Source: an uncultured Oscillospiraceae bacterium (GTDB taxonomy: Bacteria; Bacillota; Clostridia; Saccharofermentanales; UBA5734). Taken from it: 32,483 nt of DNA. The notes beneath the pieces are model-generated. The model did no database searches, had not been told where the DNA came from, and worked only from the letters and a program-made list of their open reading frames with translations. Positions 1 through 7,792 of the stretch are shown in pieces. Where the stretch lies: assembly GCA_964492455.1 (NCBI GenBank), contig CAZBKR010000003.1, positions 1 through 32,483 of the forward strand, read 5' to 3'. Position 1 is the first letter of the stretch. Each line of letters opens with the position of its first letter. Made by a program: the position numbers and the translations under genes.

Positions 1-2
1 AG

Positions 3-923
3 GACGGATACCGTGAAAAGGTGTTCCTCGCGACCAAATGCCCCGTCTGGAACGTGAAGACGCCGGAGGATTTTGACCGCCTGCTCAACGAACAGCTCGC
101 CAAACTGGAAACCGACCACATCGACATGTACATGTTGCATGCGATCAGCGGAGACCGCTGGAATGAGCTCCAGGAGCTCAAAGCCTTCGAGTTCCTGCAA
201 AAGGCGAAAGCAGACGGCCGCATCCGGTATGCGGGGTTCTCGTTCCACGACAACGTCACGGTATTCAAAGAGATGATCGATGCGCACGACTGGGATTTTT
301 GCCAGATCCAGTACAACTACATGGATCAGACCAACCAGGCTGGTACCGAAGGCCTCCACTATGCGGCGGCCAAGGATATCGCGGTTATCGTGATGGAACC
401 GCTGCTGGGTGGCAAACTGGCCAAACCTGCCCCTGCCGCGGTAGCAAAGATTTGGGATTCGGCTCCGGTTCGCCGTTCGCCGGCTGCCTGGGCACTGGCA
501 TGGCTCTGGGATCAGCCCGAAGTTGCCTTGCTGCTCAGCGGCATGAATGCACAGGATCAGCTGGACGAGAACATGGCGGTCGCTGAATATGCAACACCCG
601 GATTCCTCACGGATGATGAGCGTGCGCTGGTCGAAAAAGCACGGGTTGCGTTCGAGGAACTCGCCGCTGTCCCCTGCACCGGTTGCGAATACTGTATGCC
701 CTGCCCGTTTGGAGTCGATATTCCCGGTATCTTCCGCACCTACAACCAGGCGGTGATCTACGACGACTTCAAAGGATCCGGCGCGCATTACCGCAACAAC
801 TTCCCTGAAAGCGAAAAGGCTACCAGCTGCACCGCTTGCGGAGCCTGTGAAGCAGTATGCCCGCAGAAGATCCAGATCATCGAAAAACTCAAGGAAGCCC
901 ATGCCGCGCTGATGGGCGGTTGA
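3..923 (+). CDS. Aldo/keto reductase with C-terminal 4Fe-4S ferredoxin-type tail (5' end outside the window)
   Basis: The reading frame is open to the window edge, and the track ORF at 21 begins at an internal GTG. The translation DGYREKVFLATKCPVW...IDMYMLH...GFSFHD matches the AKR TIM-barrel pattern. Two Cys clusters (CTGCEYCMPCP and CTACGACEAVCP) match the Fe-S tail of COG1453-type AKRs. Confidence 0.85.
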   Translation, partial: DGYREKVFLATKCPVWNVKTPEDFDRLLNEQLAKLETDHIDMYMLHAISGDRWNELQELKAFEFLQKAKADGRIRYAGFSFHDNVTVFKEMIDAHDWDFCQIQYNYMDQTNQAGTEGLHYAAAKDIAVIVMEPLLGGKLAKPAPAAVAKIWDSAPVRRSPAAWALAWLWDQPEVALLLSGMNAQDQLDENMAVAEYATPGFLTDDERALVEKARVAFEELAAVPCTGCEYCMPCPFGVDIPGIFRTYNQAVIYDDFKGSGAHYRNNFPESEKATSCTACGACEAVCPQKIQIIEKLKEAHAALMGG

Positions 924-964
924 CTGCCGTCCCATTGAGGACGAAAGTTTATGACAGGGAAATG

Positions 965-998
965 GGAACCGGCCTTTGTTGGACGGTTCTCTTTTATT
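965..998 (+). terminator. Putative intrinsic terminator after the AKR gene
   Basis: GGAACCG (965-971) pairs with CGGTTCT (984-990), with 2 further inner GC pairs. The stem is followed by the T-rich tract TCTTTTATT. It overlaps the track start at 976, which argues against that start for the next gene. Confidence 0.4.
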
Positions 999-1065
999 CG
1001 TATGGATCAGGAGGTCCGGGTGGTTTGCTCAAAACGATGTAACCCGGACGGAAGGAATGTGTGAT

Positions 1066-2172
1066 ATGGAAAAGACATTGCTTCGGAACGTGTGGATCCC
1101 GGACGCAAAGATGGAGTGGCATGCCGGCGAAGTTCTGTTTGTCGGGGCCAGGGTCGCTGAGGTGTCCGTGGTTCCGTTAGAGGCAGACGCGAATGCAGTC
1201 GACGGGAAAGGCGGATTCCTGCTGCCGGGGTTCATCCATACCCACGCGCACCTGATGGAAAACAACGACGGATTCAATACGGAAAATCTACACCGCTGGC
1301 TGCGGTCCGGGATCACTCACATCCGGGACCAGGGGATCTTATCCCGGCATACTGCTGAGGACGCGGTCGCGTGGCGGGATAGCCTGCCATCCGCGGAGGG
1401 ATACCCGTCCCTGTCGGTCTGCGGCCCGTTTCTTTCCGCCCCGGGAGGGTATGGCGGGTTCTCTCCGATCGGGGTCTCCTCTCCGGCAGAGGCCCGGGAA
1501 GCGGTTCGGCGTCTGGTGGACACCGGTGTGGACCATCTGAAACTGGCTTACGATGAGGGATACGACGAATCCACCCGCAATCTCCCGATGCTGGGACCGG
1601 ATTGTATGGATGCGATCTGCGATGAGGCACACCGATTGGGATACACAGTCTCAGCGCATGTCACGCGGGTAGCCCGGCTGGAAACTCTGGTCGACTGCGG
1701 CATCGATGAATCCGCGCACACCTGCATAGATCCAATGCCGGATTCCCTGATCGAACGGATGGTGCGAAATGGCGTTGTTATGACTCCGACCTTGTCGATG
1801 TTTGCGATGTTCGCGGACCGGACGCATCTGCCACTTCTGGATGCCGCGCTCGACAACACCCTTCGCTTTGTTCGAGCTGGCGGCGTGATCGGTTTGGGCA
1901 ACGACTACCTGGGAGAGGAGCCTCCCTGGGCGCCGGTCGGCATGCCCTTTCTGGAGATGGAATGTCTCTTGCAGGCCGGGTTGACGATGCCGGAAGTGAT
2001 TTGGGCGGCTACCCGCGGGGGCGCTTCTCTTCTGGGTCGACAGGATCTTGGACGCATCGAGCCGGGATGCCGCGCGGATCTGTTGCTGCTGACCGAAGAT
2101 CCGACTGTTGGCCCGGAGGCATTGGCCTCGGTGCGCCAGGTGGTCAAAGACGGAGTGATTTACTATACGTAA
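1066..2172 (+). CDS. Amidohydrolase-superfamily metal-dependent hydrolase
   Basis: An HxH metal-binding motif (GFIHTHAHL) lies near the N-terminus. The length and the C-terminal pattern (GNDY..., ADLLLL..DP) are typical of amidohydrolase family proteins. GGAAGGA lies 10 nt upstream of the ATG at 1066. The alternative ATG at 1057 and the track start at 976 are less likely. Confidence 0.8.
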   Translation: MEKTLLRNVWIPDAKMEWHAGEVLFVGARVAEVSVVPLEADANAVDGKGGFLLPGFIHTHAHLMENNDGFNTENLHRWLRSGITHIRDQGILSRHTAEDAVAWRDSLPSAEGYPSLSVCGPFLSAPGGYGGFSPIGVSSPAEAREAVRRLVDTGVDHLKLAYDEGYDESTRNLPMLGPDCMDAICDEAHRLGYTVSAHVTRVARLETLVDCGIDESAHTCIDPMPDSLIERMVRNGVVMTPTLSMFAMFADRTHLPLLDAALDNTLRFVRAGGVIGLGNDYLGEEPPWAPVGMPFLEMECLLQAGLTMPEVIWAATRGGASLLGRQDLGRIEPGCRADLLLLTEDPTVGPEALASVRQVVKDGVIYYT

Positions 2173-2203
2173 GCTATAACGACGATAATCGGGAGCACGA
2201 GGT

Positions 2204-2548
2204 GTGGCTATGCAAGACGAGCAAACGAAAGCACGGTTCATGGAATTGCGGGAAATGATGAAAGGGTATACCGCTTCTTCCGTCCTGACATCGTCTCGCC
2301 CGTATCCGATCGTTAATAAAAGCCACGGACCGGATCGCCGAAGCGACCTTGGGGCAGGTGTTTATGGACAGCACCGCAGTCGACTTTGTCTGAACGGTGG
2401 TCCCCTACCGCAGCGAATGGAGGTATGTCACCAAAGCCCAGAAGTGCGCGCTGCTCGATGCAGGGCACGTGTGCCGGAATCTGTATTTGGCTTGCGAGGC
2501 GGTCGGGCGGCCGGTTTGACCCGTTCGGAGATCTACGCAGTTCCATAA
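2204..2548 (+). pseudogene. Decayed nitroreductase-fold gene (frameshifted, internal stop, internally deleted)
   Basis: Homology is spread over different frames. The frame of 2343..2519 reads ATLGQVFMDSTAVDFV(TGA at 2391)TVVPYRSEWRYVTKAQKCALLDAGHVCRNLYLACEAVGRPV(stop). This matches the conserved C-terminal core of nitroreductase/SagB-type proteins (..YR..llDaGHv.qNlyLaaeAlGl..). An N-terminal-like piece RFFRPDIVSPVSDR sits in another frame near 2270. The 114-aa track ORF itself translates to low-complexity Arg-rich sequence. Confidence 0.45.
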
Positions 2549-2701
2549 GCAATCGAATAACATAGAGGGCTCGCGAAACCTTGTTTCGATCGATACAATG
2601 AAGGCAAGAGCCGCACCGGCCAGTCCAGGGGCGGCGGTGTTGATTGGCCCGCGGCAGCAAGCCGCTCTCAAGCCGCCGGATGTGCGGCGAGGAGGATTCC
2701 T

Positions 2702-3490
2702 ATGCGCAAAGAAATCACGCTTCCCTCCCTTCGCCGGTTCAATCTGATCATGGGCATTCTGCATTTCATTCAAGGGGCCCTGATGCTGGGGTTCAGCATC
2801 GCCATCGACAAAATATCCGCATTTCGCCCGCCGCTGCGCACTTATTTCCTCACTTTCGATACTACACAGATGCGTCTCGTGACCGAACCCCGCGAAGCGG
2901 GCAGTCTGCCGTTCGGCATTCTGGTGGCCTGCTTCCTGCTGTTGTCGGCTTTGGCTCATTTCATCATCGTTCTGCCTGCAGGCAACCGGGTTTACAACCG
3001 CTCGATCGAGCAGGGAATCAATCCCTTCCGCTGGTATGAGTATGCGCTGAGTTCTTCCGTTATGATCGTGCTGATCGCATCGGTGTTCGGGGTCTATGCG
3101 GTAGATACGCTGATCGCCATCTTTCTGCTCAACGCCGGCATGAACCTGTTCGGGCTTCTCATGGAACAGATGAACGCGGGCAAAGAGAAGGGAAAGGTGC
3201 GGTGGGTATCCTTTGTGTTCGGGTGTGTGGCCGGGATCGGCCCCTGGATCGTGATTCTGCTGAACGCCTTTGGCAATTCCGATCCGGCGGAAATCCCCTG
3301 GTTTGTGATCGCGATCGCTGCTTCCTACTTTGTGTTTTTCAATCTGTTCCCGATCAATATGGTGCTGCAGTACAAACGGGTTGGCCGCTGGGCGGACTAC
3401 AAATACGGGGAGCGCGGTTACATCGTCTTGAGCCTGGTTGCCAAGACGGTACTTGCGTGGCTCGTGTTTGCGGGTGTCATGCAGCCATGA
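2702..3490 (+). CDS. Heliorhodopsin (7-TM retinal-binding protein, inverted topology)
   Basis: The 262-aa polytopic protein has blocks NPFRWYEYALSSSVMIVLIA, FGCVAGIGPWIVIL and YGERGYIVLSLVAKTVLAW. These correspond to the TM3, TM5/6 and TM7 signatures of heliorhodopsin 48C12 as I recall it. Schiff-base Lys is K248 (AAG 3443-3445), counterion Glu is E113, and the conserved His residues are H21 and H86. A strong RBS (GAGGAGGA) lies 6-7 nt upstream of the ATG. Confidence 0.9.
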   Translation: MRKEITLPSLRRFNLIMGILHFIQGALMLGFSIAIDKISAFRPPLRTYFLTFDTTQMRLVTEPREAGSLPFGILVACFLLLSALAHFIIVLPAGNRVYNRSIEQGINPFRWYEYALSSSVMIVLIASVFGVYAVDTLIAIFLLNAGMNLFGLLMEQMNAGKEKGKVRWVSFVFGCVAGIGPWIVILLNAFGNSDPAEIPWFVIAIAASYFVFFNLFPINMVLQYKRVGRWADYKYGERGYIVLSLVAKTVLAWLVFAGVMQP

Positions 3491-3546
3491 CGGCAGATAC
3501 CCGGAAAGACGCGTACCGGGTTCGGTCCGGGAAGCGCGTGGACTAG

Positions 3547-4008
3547 ATGCCGTCCGGGCACAAGATCCTTGCGATCCTGTTTTATGTCGGCCAATGGACC
3601 TGGGGGATTCCGGTTAATCTCGTCGGGGGATTGGGATGGCTGTATGGACATGCGCGTGGATTTCATCAGGAACGTTTTCTCCTCGCGCAGGTCACCTATC
3701 TTCCGACACGGCTGTCGGGCGGACTGTCGATCGGGATGTTTCTGTTTGTACCGGATCGCTACCGGATGCGGGAGACAAACGGGTGGGACCGTTCTCACAT
3801 GGTGCATGAGTACGGACATACATTCCAGGCTTTGATTCTGGGCATTCTGTACTGGCCGTTGATCGGGCTGCCTTCCCTGTTGTGGTATGCGCTTCCCCGT
3901 AACGCGCGGTTTCGCGCCAGGCGGGGGCTGTCATACTACTGGCTGTACACGGAGGCCTGGGCCAACCGTCTGGGAGCACGCGTGACCGGTTGGAATGCCC
4001 CGGTGTAG
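3547..4008 (+). CDS. Small polytopic membrane protein with HExxH (HEYGH) zincin motif; putative membrane metallopeptidase of an uncharacterised family
   Basis: The protein is 153 aa with about 3-4 hydrophobic segments (ILAILFYVGQWTWGIPVNLVGGLGWL, GGLSIGMFLFV, ALILGILYWPLIGLPSLLWYAL). HEYGH lies at residues 87-91 (nt 3805-3819). A possible third ligand, Glu in YTEAWAN (E136), lies downstream. The gene is on the same strand as the heliorhodopsin stop, 56 bp downstream, with no T-tailed terminator between them. Confidence 0.7.
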   Translation: MPSGHKILAILFYVGQWTWGIPVNLVGGLGWLYGHARGFHQERFLLAQVTYLPTRLSGGLSIGMFLFVPDRYRMRETNGWDRSHMVHEYGHTFQALILGILYWPLIGLPSLLWYALPRNARFRARRGLSYYWLYTEAWANRLGARVTGWNAPV

Positions 4009-4043
4009 GCGCTATGCGTCGATCATCGGGACGCGCTGCCTGT

Positions 4044-4382
4044 CTAGTCCTTGATGTACACCGATACACGTAAAACGCCTGCGGTAAAGGTGACATCCGC
4101 CTGATCCACCATCGCACCCAGCAGATAGTGATTGTCTCTGCCGGAGCCCATGTCGAGCAACTCGAGATAGTACGACTCCATCTCGGGTTGCACTCCGTCT
4201 GTGAGAGCCTGCCGGAAGGTGTCAAAATCCGATGGCACGTTCTGCGCGGATCCGCTGAGTTCGATGAGGTGGCCCCCGCCGTCCGGTGTCACCCGGAGAT
4301 GAACATCCAGGATCTCATGGTCCAGATAATAGCCGAGGAGTTCCGCCAGGATACGTTTGACTTTTTGTGTGGCTCCATTCAT
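4044..4382 (-). CDS. Hypothetical soluble protein (112 aa), translationally coupled to the upstream DUF1576-like gene
   Basis: Its ATG overlaps the stop of the upstream gene (ATGA at 4382..4379). Codon usage is consistent with its neighbours. I recognise no family. Confidence 0.6.
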   Translation of the reverse strand: MNGATQKVKRILAELLGYYLDHEILDVHLRVTPDGGGHLIELSGSAQNVPSDFDTFRQALTDGVQPEMESYYLELLDMGSGRDNHYLLGAMVDQADVTFTAGVLRVSVYIKD

Positions 4383-5656
4383 GGTTCCGGTTTTCCCTTC
4401 TTCCGCTGGGCGATGATCTCTTTCAGAGCGTCGAGGATCGGTACCATCGCAGCCGCGATGAATCCGCCCGAAAACCCGTTGTTGTAGAGGTTCATACCGG
4501 CATGGAGATCCCCGATGTTCATGACCATCGCTGTATGCAGCATGCCGGCCAGGATGCCGACGAGAGGACCGTAGTGGCCGCTGATCGGCGCGAGGGTGGT
4601 CCCGAACAATGCTGCCAGCAGCATAACAGTTGAATCAACTTCATAATGGTTGACCAGACCCATCAGGAAGACACCGAGCAGAATCGGCAGCACATTGCGC
4701 GGGTGCTTGCCGAACGCACCAAAGCCTACCACGGTAAAGATGCCCCCGATCACGGGTCCGGACAGATGCCCTCCCACCAGAAGAACGTACCCGGTCGATA
4801 AAAAGCCGAGCACTGCCATATTGACCAATGTCAAACCAAATCCCGATATGGTCACAAAATCCGCGGCCAGACGGCCGGACTGCCGCAACAGACTTCCGTA
4901 TCCGGCAAGCCGCCAACCCGAAATCCGGAGCCCTGCCACCAGCATCCCAAGGAAAAGAATGCCCAGCAGCAGTATGTAGGGGAGGTTGTCTGCGGAGGAG
5001 ACTTGATTGACCAGCCCGATCTCGATGCCGAAATTGCGTAGGACGGCGATGAAAAACATTCCGACAATCCCGGCGGTGAATCCGATATTGTAAAGATTAA
5101 AGCCCTGATGGAAGCGAAGCATGTGCATCGACAGCGGCGTCAGTACAAATCCCGCAAAGAGGCCCGCAGCGAAGCCCAGCAGTAACCCGATCGGTTGCAC
5201 AAGACCAAGATGAAAGGCCACTTCGCTGAACAGCGGCCCCAGCGCAGTTCCAAACAAGGCCTGCAGAAGATAGCGATCGAACGATGTGCGTGAGACCAGG
5301 GCATACAGATACACCCCGGCCATGATCGGGATGGAATTGAGCAGATTCTTCCCGAACAACGAGAATCCCGCCATCGTGAACACCGCAGCCACCAGTGGAC
5401 CCGTGATCCGGACCCGGCTCAGGCGGATGATCAGTATGGCGAGATAGGTCATGAGTCCGGCGTTCAGCAACGCCGCGCCCGGACTGGCCAGTGCAAAGTA
5501 ATCTGTGATGAGATTGGCCGGAGAAGTCAGGATGGTAAGGCTCCCGCGGAAGATTTCATCCGCGGGACTCAATAGAAAAGCGGCAGCGGTCAGCAACGTG
5601 GCAAACGCCAACAGAAACGGGGTCCTGTTTCTGTCTGTTGCTTCCGCCGCCGCCAT
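4379..5656 (-). CDS. Polytopic membrane protein, DUF1576-like (two-repeat architecture)
   Basis: The protein is 425 aa and hydrophobic throughout. It has an internal duplication about 200 aa apart (FNLYNIGFTAGIVGMFFIAVL versus MNLYNNGFSGGFIAAAMVPIL), as I recall for DUF1576 proteins of Firmicutes. The start lies 5 nt after the stop of the upstream gene. Confidence 0.7.
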   Translation of the reverse strand: MAAAEATDRNRTPFLLAFATLLTAAAFLLSPADEIFRGSLTILTSPANLITDYFALASPGAALLNAGLMTYLAILIIRLSRVRITGPLVAAVFTMAGFSLFGKNLLNSIPIMAGVYLYALVSRTSFDRYLLQALFGTALGPLFSEVAFHLGLVQPIGLLLGFAAGLFAGFVLTPLSMHMLRFHQGFNLYNIGFTAGIVGMFFIAVLRNFGIEIGLVNQVSSADNLPYILLLGILFLGMLVAGLRISGWRLAGYGSLLRQSGRLAADFVTISGFGLTLVNMAVLGFLSTGYVLLVGGHLSGPVIGGIFTVVGFGAFGKHPRNVLPILLGVFLMGLVNHYEVDSTVMLLAALFGTTLAPISGHYGPLVGILAGMLHTAMVMNIGDLHAGMNLYNNGFSGGFIAAAMVPILDALKEIIAQRKKGKPEP

Positions 5657-5661
5657 TCGTA

Positions 5662-6039
5662 TTACCTGCCGGCTCGAGCGGGGCCTTTCCGCCGGGAAGC
5701 CGGCGGACCGAGGATGACGGAGAGGACCATGCCTTGTGCCAGATGCTGCGATGTCAGACTGGACAGCGCTCGCTGTACTTCCTTTTCATGCATATGCGAG
5801 GATTCGGTTGAGATCTGGTAGGACAGATCTTCCGCATACTGCTGCTCCGGGGCACCTTCTTCCCCGGGACCGCCCGGACCGGTGGAAGCCGGCTCCCGCA
5901 GAACCGGTACCGGGAATACAGTATCGCGCCAGCCGTGTTCGGATGAAGCGCTTTGTGAGCGTTCAAGCGCCTGCGTGTAAAGATTCGCTGCTTCGAGTCG
6001 TTCCATCATTGCCTTGAGTTGTTCAGTCAGGGCTGCCAA
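5662..6039 (-). CDS. Hypothetical acidic, Pro/Gly-rich protein at the position of B. subtilis yqfB, downstream of floA
   Basis: A TTG start is preceded by GGAGGTGA with a 6-nt spacer. The gene lies 34 bp downstream of the floA stop on the same strand. The N-terminus is coiled-coil-like (LTEQLKAMMERLEAANLY). The family call is positional only. Confidence 0.55.
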   Translation of the reverse strand: MAALTEQLKAMMERLEAANLYTQALERSQSASSEHGWRDTVFPVPVLREPASTGPGGPGEEGAPEQQYAEDLSYQISTESSHMHEKEVQRALSSLTSQHLAQGMVLSVILGPPASRRKGPARAGR

Positions 6040-6073
6040 GCGCTGTCACCTCCCTCCCGTCGTGCGGACCGGA

Positions 6074-7066
6074 TCACTTCTGCTCCGGTCCGGCGGCGTC
6101 CGCTTTGCCGGTGCCCGCGATCGAACTGCGCATCTGCGTGTCTGAGATGATGTTCTGCATGTTGTAGTAGTCCATCACTCCGAGTTTTCCTTCACGGAGA
6201 GCTTGTGACATCGCCTTGGGCACTTCAGCTTCCGCTTCGACGACCTTAGCGCGCATCTCCACGACTTCCGCTTTCATCTCCTGTTCGCGGGCAACTGCCA
6301 TCGCGCGGCGCTCTTCGGCTTTGGCCTGGGCGATACGCTTGTCTGCTTCCGCCTGGTCGGTCTGCAGCTGGGCGCCGATGTTGCGGCCGACGTCGACGTC
6401 CGCGATGTCGATCGAGAGAATCTCGAACGCGGTACCGGCATCGAGCCCTTTGTCCAGGACGGTCTTGGAGATGCGGTCCGGGTTCTCAAGCACGTCTTTG
6501 TGGGTCATGGCCGAACCAATCGTGGTGACAATACCCTCACCGACACGTGCGATGATGGTTTGTTCACCGGCGCCGCCGACCAGCCGGTCAATGTTCGCGC
6601 GCACGGTTACGCGGGCTTTGGCTTTGAGCTCGATCCCGTCTTTGGCGATGGCCGCGACCAGCGGCGTCTCGATGACTTTCGGGTTGACGCTCATCTGTAC
6701 CGCTTCGAGTACGTCGCGCCCTGCCAGGTCAATGGCTGCGGCGCGCTCAAACACCAGCGGAATCTCGGCACGCTGTGCTGCGATCAGGGCGTTGACCACC
6801 TTATCGACGTTGCCGCCGGCGAGGAAATGGGCTTCCAGTTGGTTGATATTGACATTGAGTCCGGCCTTGGTCGCCTTGATCTGCGGATTCACGACCCGGG
6901 CGGGGATGACACGCCGCAGGCGCATACCGATGAGGTTGAAAATGCCGACTTTGACACCGGCCGCCGCGGCCGAAATCCACAACCGGACCGGAACAAAGCT
7001 GAAGAGCAGCGAGAGTACAAACACGATCGCCGCAGCAAGCAACGCATACCAGAAGAAATCTTCCAT
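6074..7066 (-). CDS. floA: Flotillin-like protein FloA (UPF0365/YqfA family, SPFH domain)
   Basis: An N-terminal TM segment is followed by [27 protein letters not shown]..., [19 protein letters not shown] and [24 protein letters not shown], which matches the FloA pattern. AAAGGAG lies 7 nt upstream of the ATG at 7066, so the track start at 7084 adds 6 unlikely residues. Confidence 0.9.
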   Translation of the reverse strand: MEDFFWYALLAAAIVFVLSLLFSFVPVRLWISAAAAGVKVGIFNLIGMRLRRVIPARVVNPQIKATKAGLNVNINQLEAHFLAGGNVDKVVNALIAAQRAEIPLVFERAAAIDLAGRDVLEAVQMSVNPKVIETPLVAAIAKDGIELKAKARVTVRANIDRLVGGAGEQTIIARVGEGIVTTIGSAMTHKDVLENPDRISKTVLDKGLDAGTAFEILSIDIADVDVGRNIGAQLQTDQAEADKRIAQAKAEERRAMAVAREQEMKAEVVEMRAKVVEAEAEVPKAMSQALREGKLGVMDYYNMQNIISDTQMRSSIAGTGKADAAGPEQK

Positions 7067-7103
7067 ACCTTGGACTCCTTTCATACCGCCTGTCAGGCGA
7101 TGG

Positions 7104-7625
7104 TCACTCGATCGGCCGGACCACGATCCGGCGGCCTTCCGTCCGGATCACGAGAATCCGGGTTCCTTGCGCGATAAACGCACCTTCTGTCACGACATCC
7201 ATACGCTGTCCGTCGAAATCGCCGGTACCGGCCGGCCGGAGCACTGTGATTGCCACGCCCTCTTTCCCGATCAGGGACGAAGCGTCCGAAGTCGCTGAAA
7301 AACCGTCTTCCTTTCGTGAGGATGACCAGAGAATAAGCTTCTTCGACAGCTTGCCTTTCTTCGCAGACCGCAGAATGATCCACAGAACGATCGCCACAAG
7401 CACAAGAAGAAGGACGATCATCACGGCGGCTTCGAACAGCGATTCGGCGGTGAGCACAATCCCGACCACCAGCAGCAGCAATCCCGTTCCCCCTGCGACC
7501 CCGAACCCAGCCGTAAAGATCTCGGTTATGAGCAATAGAATCCCGACGATGAACAGGATGGCCGGAAGCGTTTCAATGTTGTCGACAAAACTGAACAGTC
7601 CTGTCGCAAGCAGCAATGTCCCCAA
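7104..7625 (-). CDS. NfeD-family membrane protein (short form: TM region plus C-terminal OB-fold, no ClpP-like protease domain)
   Basis: The C-terminus [54 protein letters not shown] fits the NfeD OB-fold pattern. The position upstream of floA is classical. AGGAGG (7639..7634) favours the TTG at 7625 (8-nt spacer) over the track TTG at 7631 (2-nt spacer). Confidence 0.8.
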   Translation of the reverse strand: MGTLLLATGLFSFVDNIETLPAILFIVGILLLITEIFTAGFGVAGGTGLLLLVVGIVLTAESLFEAAVMIVLLLVLVAIVLWIILRSAKKGKLSKKLILWSSSRKEDGFSATSDASSLIGKEGVAITVLRPAGTGDFDGQRMDVVTEGAFIAQGTRILVIRTEGRRIVVRPIE

Positions 7626-7792
7626 ATACAATCCCTCCTGCCTGTGCCATGTTTCCGGTTGGATGGTTCTTTCATTATAGTCCTACCGGGAGATCAAAAG
7701 GTAACAGGGGCGTCATATCGGATTCGTGTTGTAGGAATTGGTTCATGTGTGGTATAAGCACAGGAAGTATGGTTTTTATAAGGAGTGGTGAT

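Noticed and set aside
2391-2393. The in-frame TGA inside the nitroreductase-like frame, considered as possible selenocysteine or readthrough
   Set aside because: No SECIS-like hairpin follows. The gene also has additional frame disruptions and a large internal deletion, so simple decay is the simpler explanation.
2594-2606. The 13-mer TACAATGAAGGCA occurs upstream of the heliorhodopsin (2594-2606) and again upstream of the YcaQ-like gene (29011-29023); it could be a shared promoter or operator
   Set aside because: A rough estimate gives several chance 13-mer repeats in a 32-kb window. The flanks do not align, and I could not find a convincing -35 element at either site.
4009-4043. A possible bidirectional terminator at the convergent junction of the HExxH gene and the 112-aa gene
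   Set aside because: Only a 5-bp stem (GCGTC/GACGC) with a 9-nt loop is present, with no flanking T or A tracts. That is too weak to call.
6216-7298. A 360-aa plus-strand ORF spanning the floA/nfeD region
   Set aside because: It lies antisense to two genes with strong family signatures. Its translation is low-complexity and rich in Ser, Thr, Ala and Arg. This is a typical shadow ORF of high-GC DNA.
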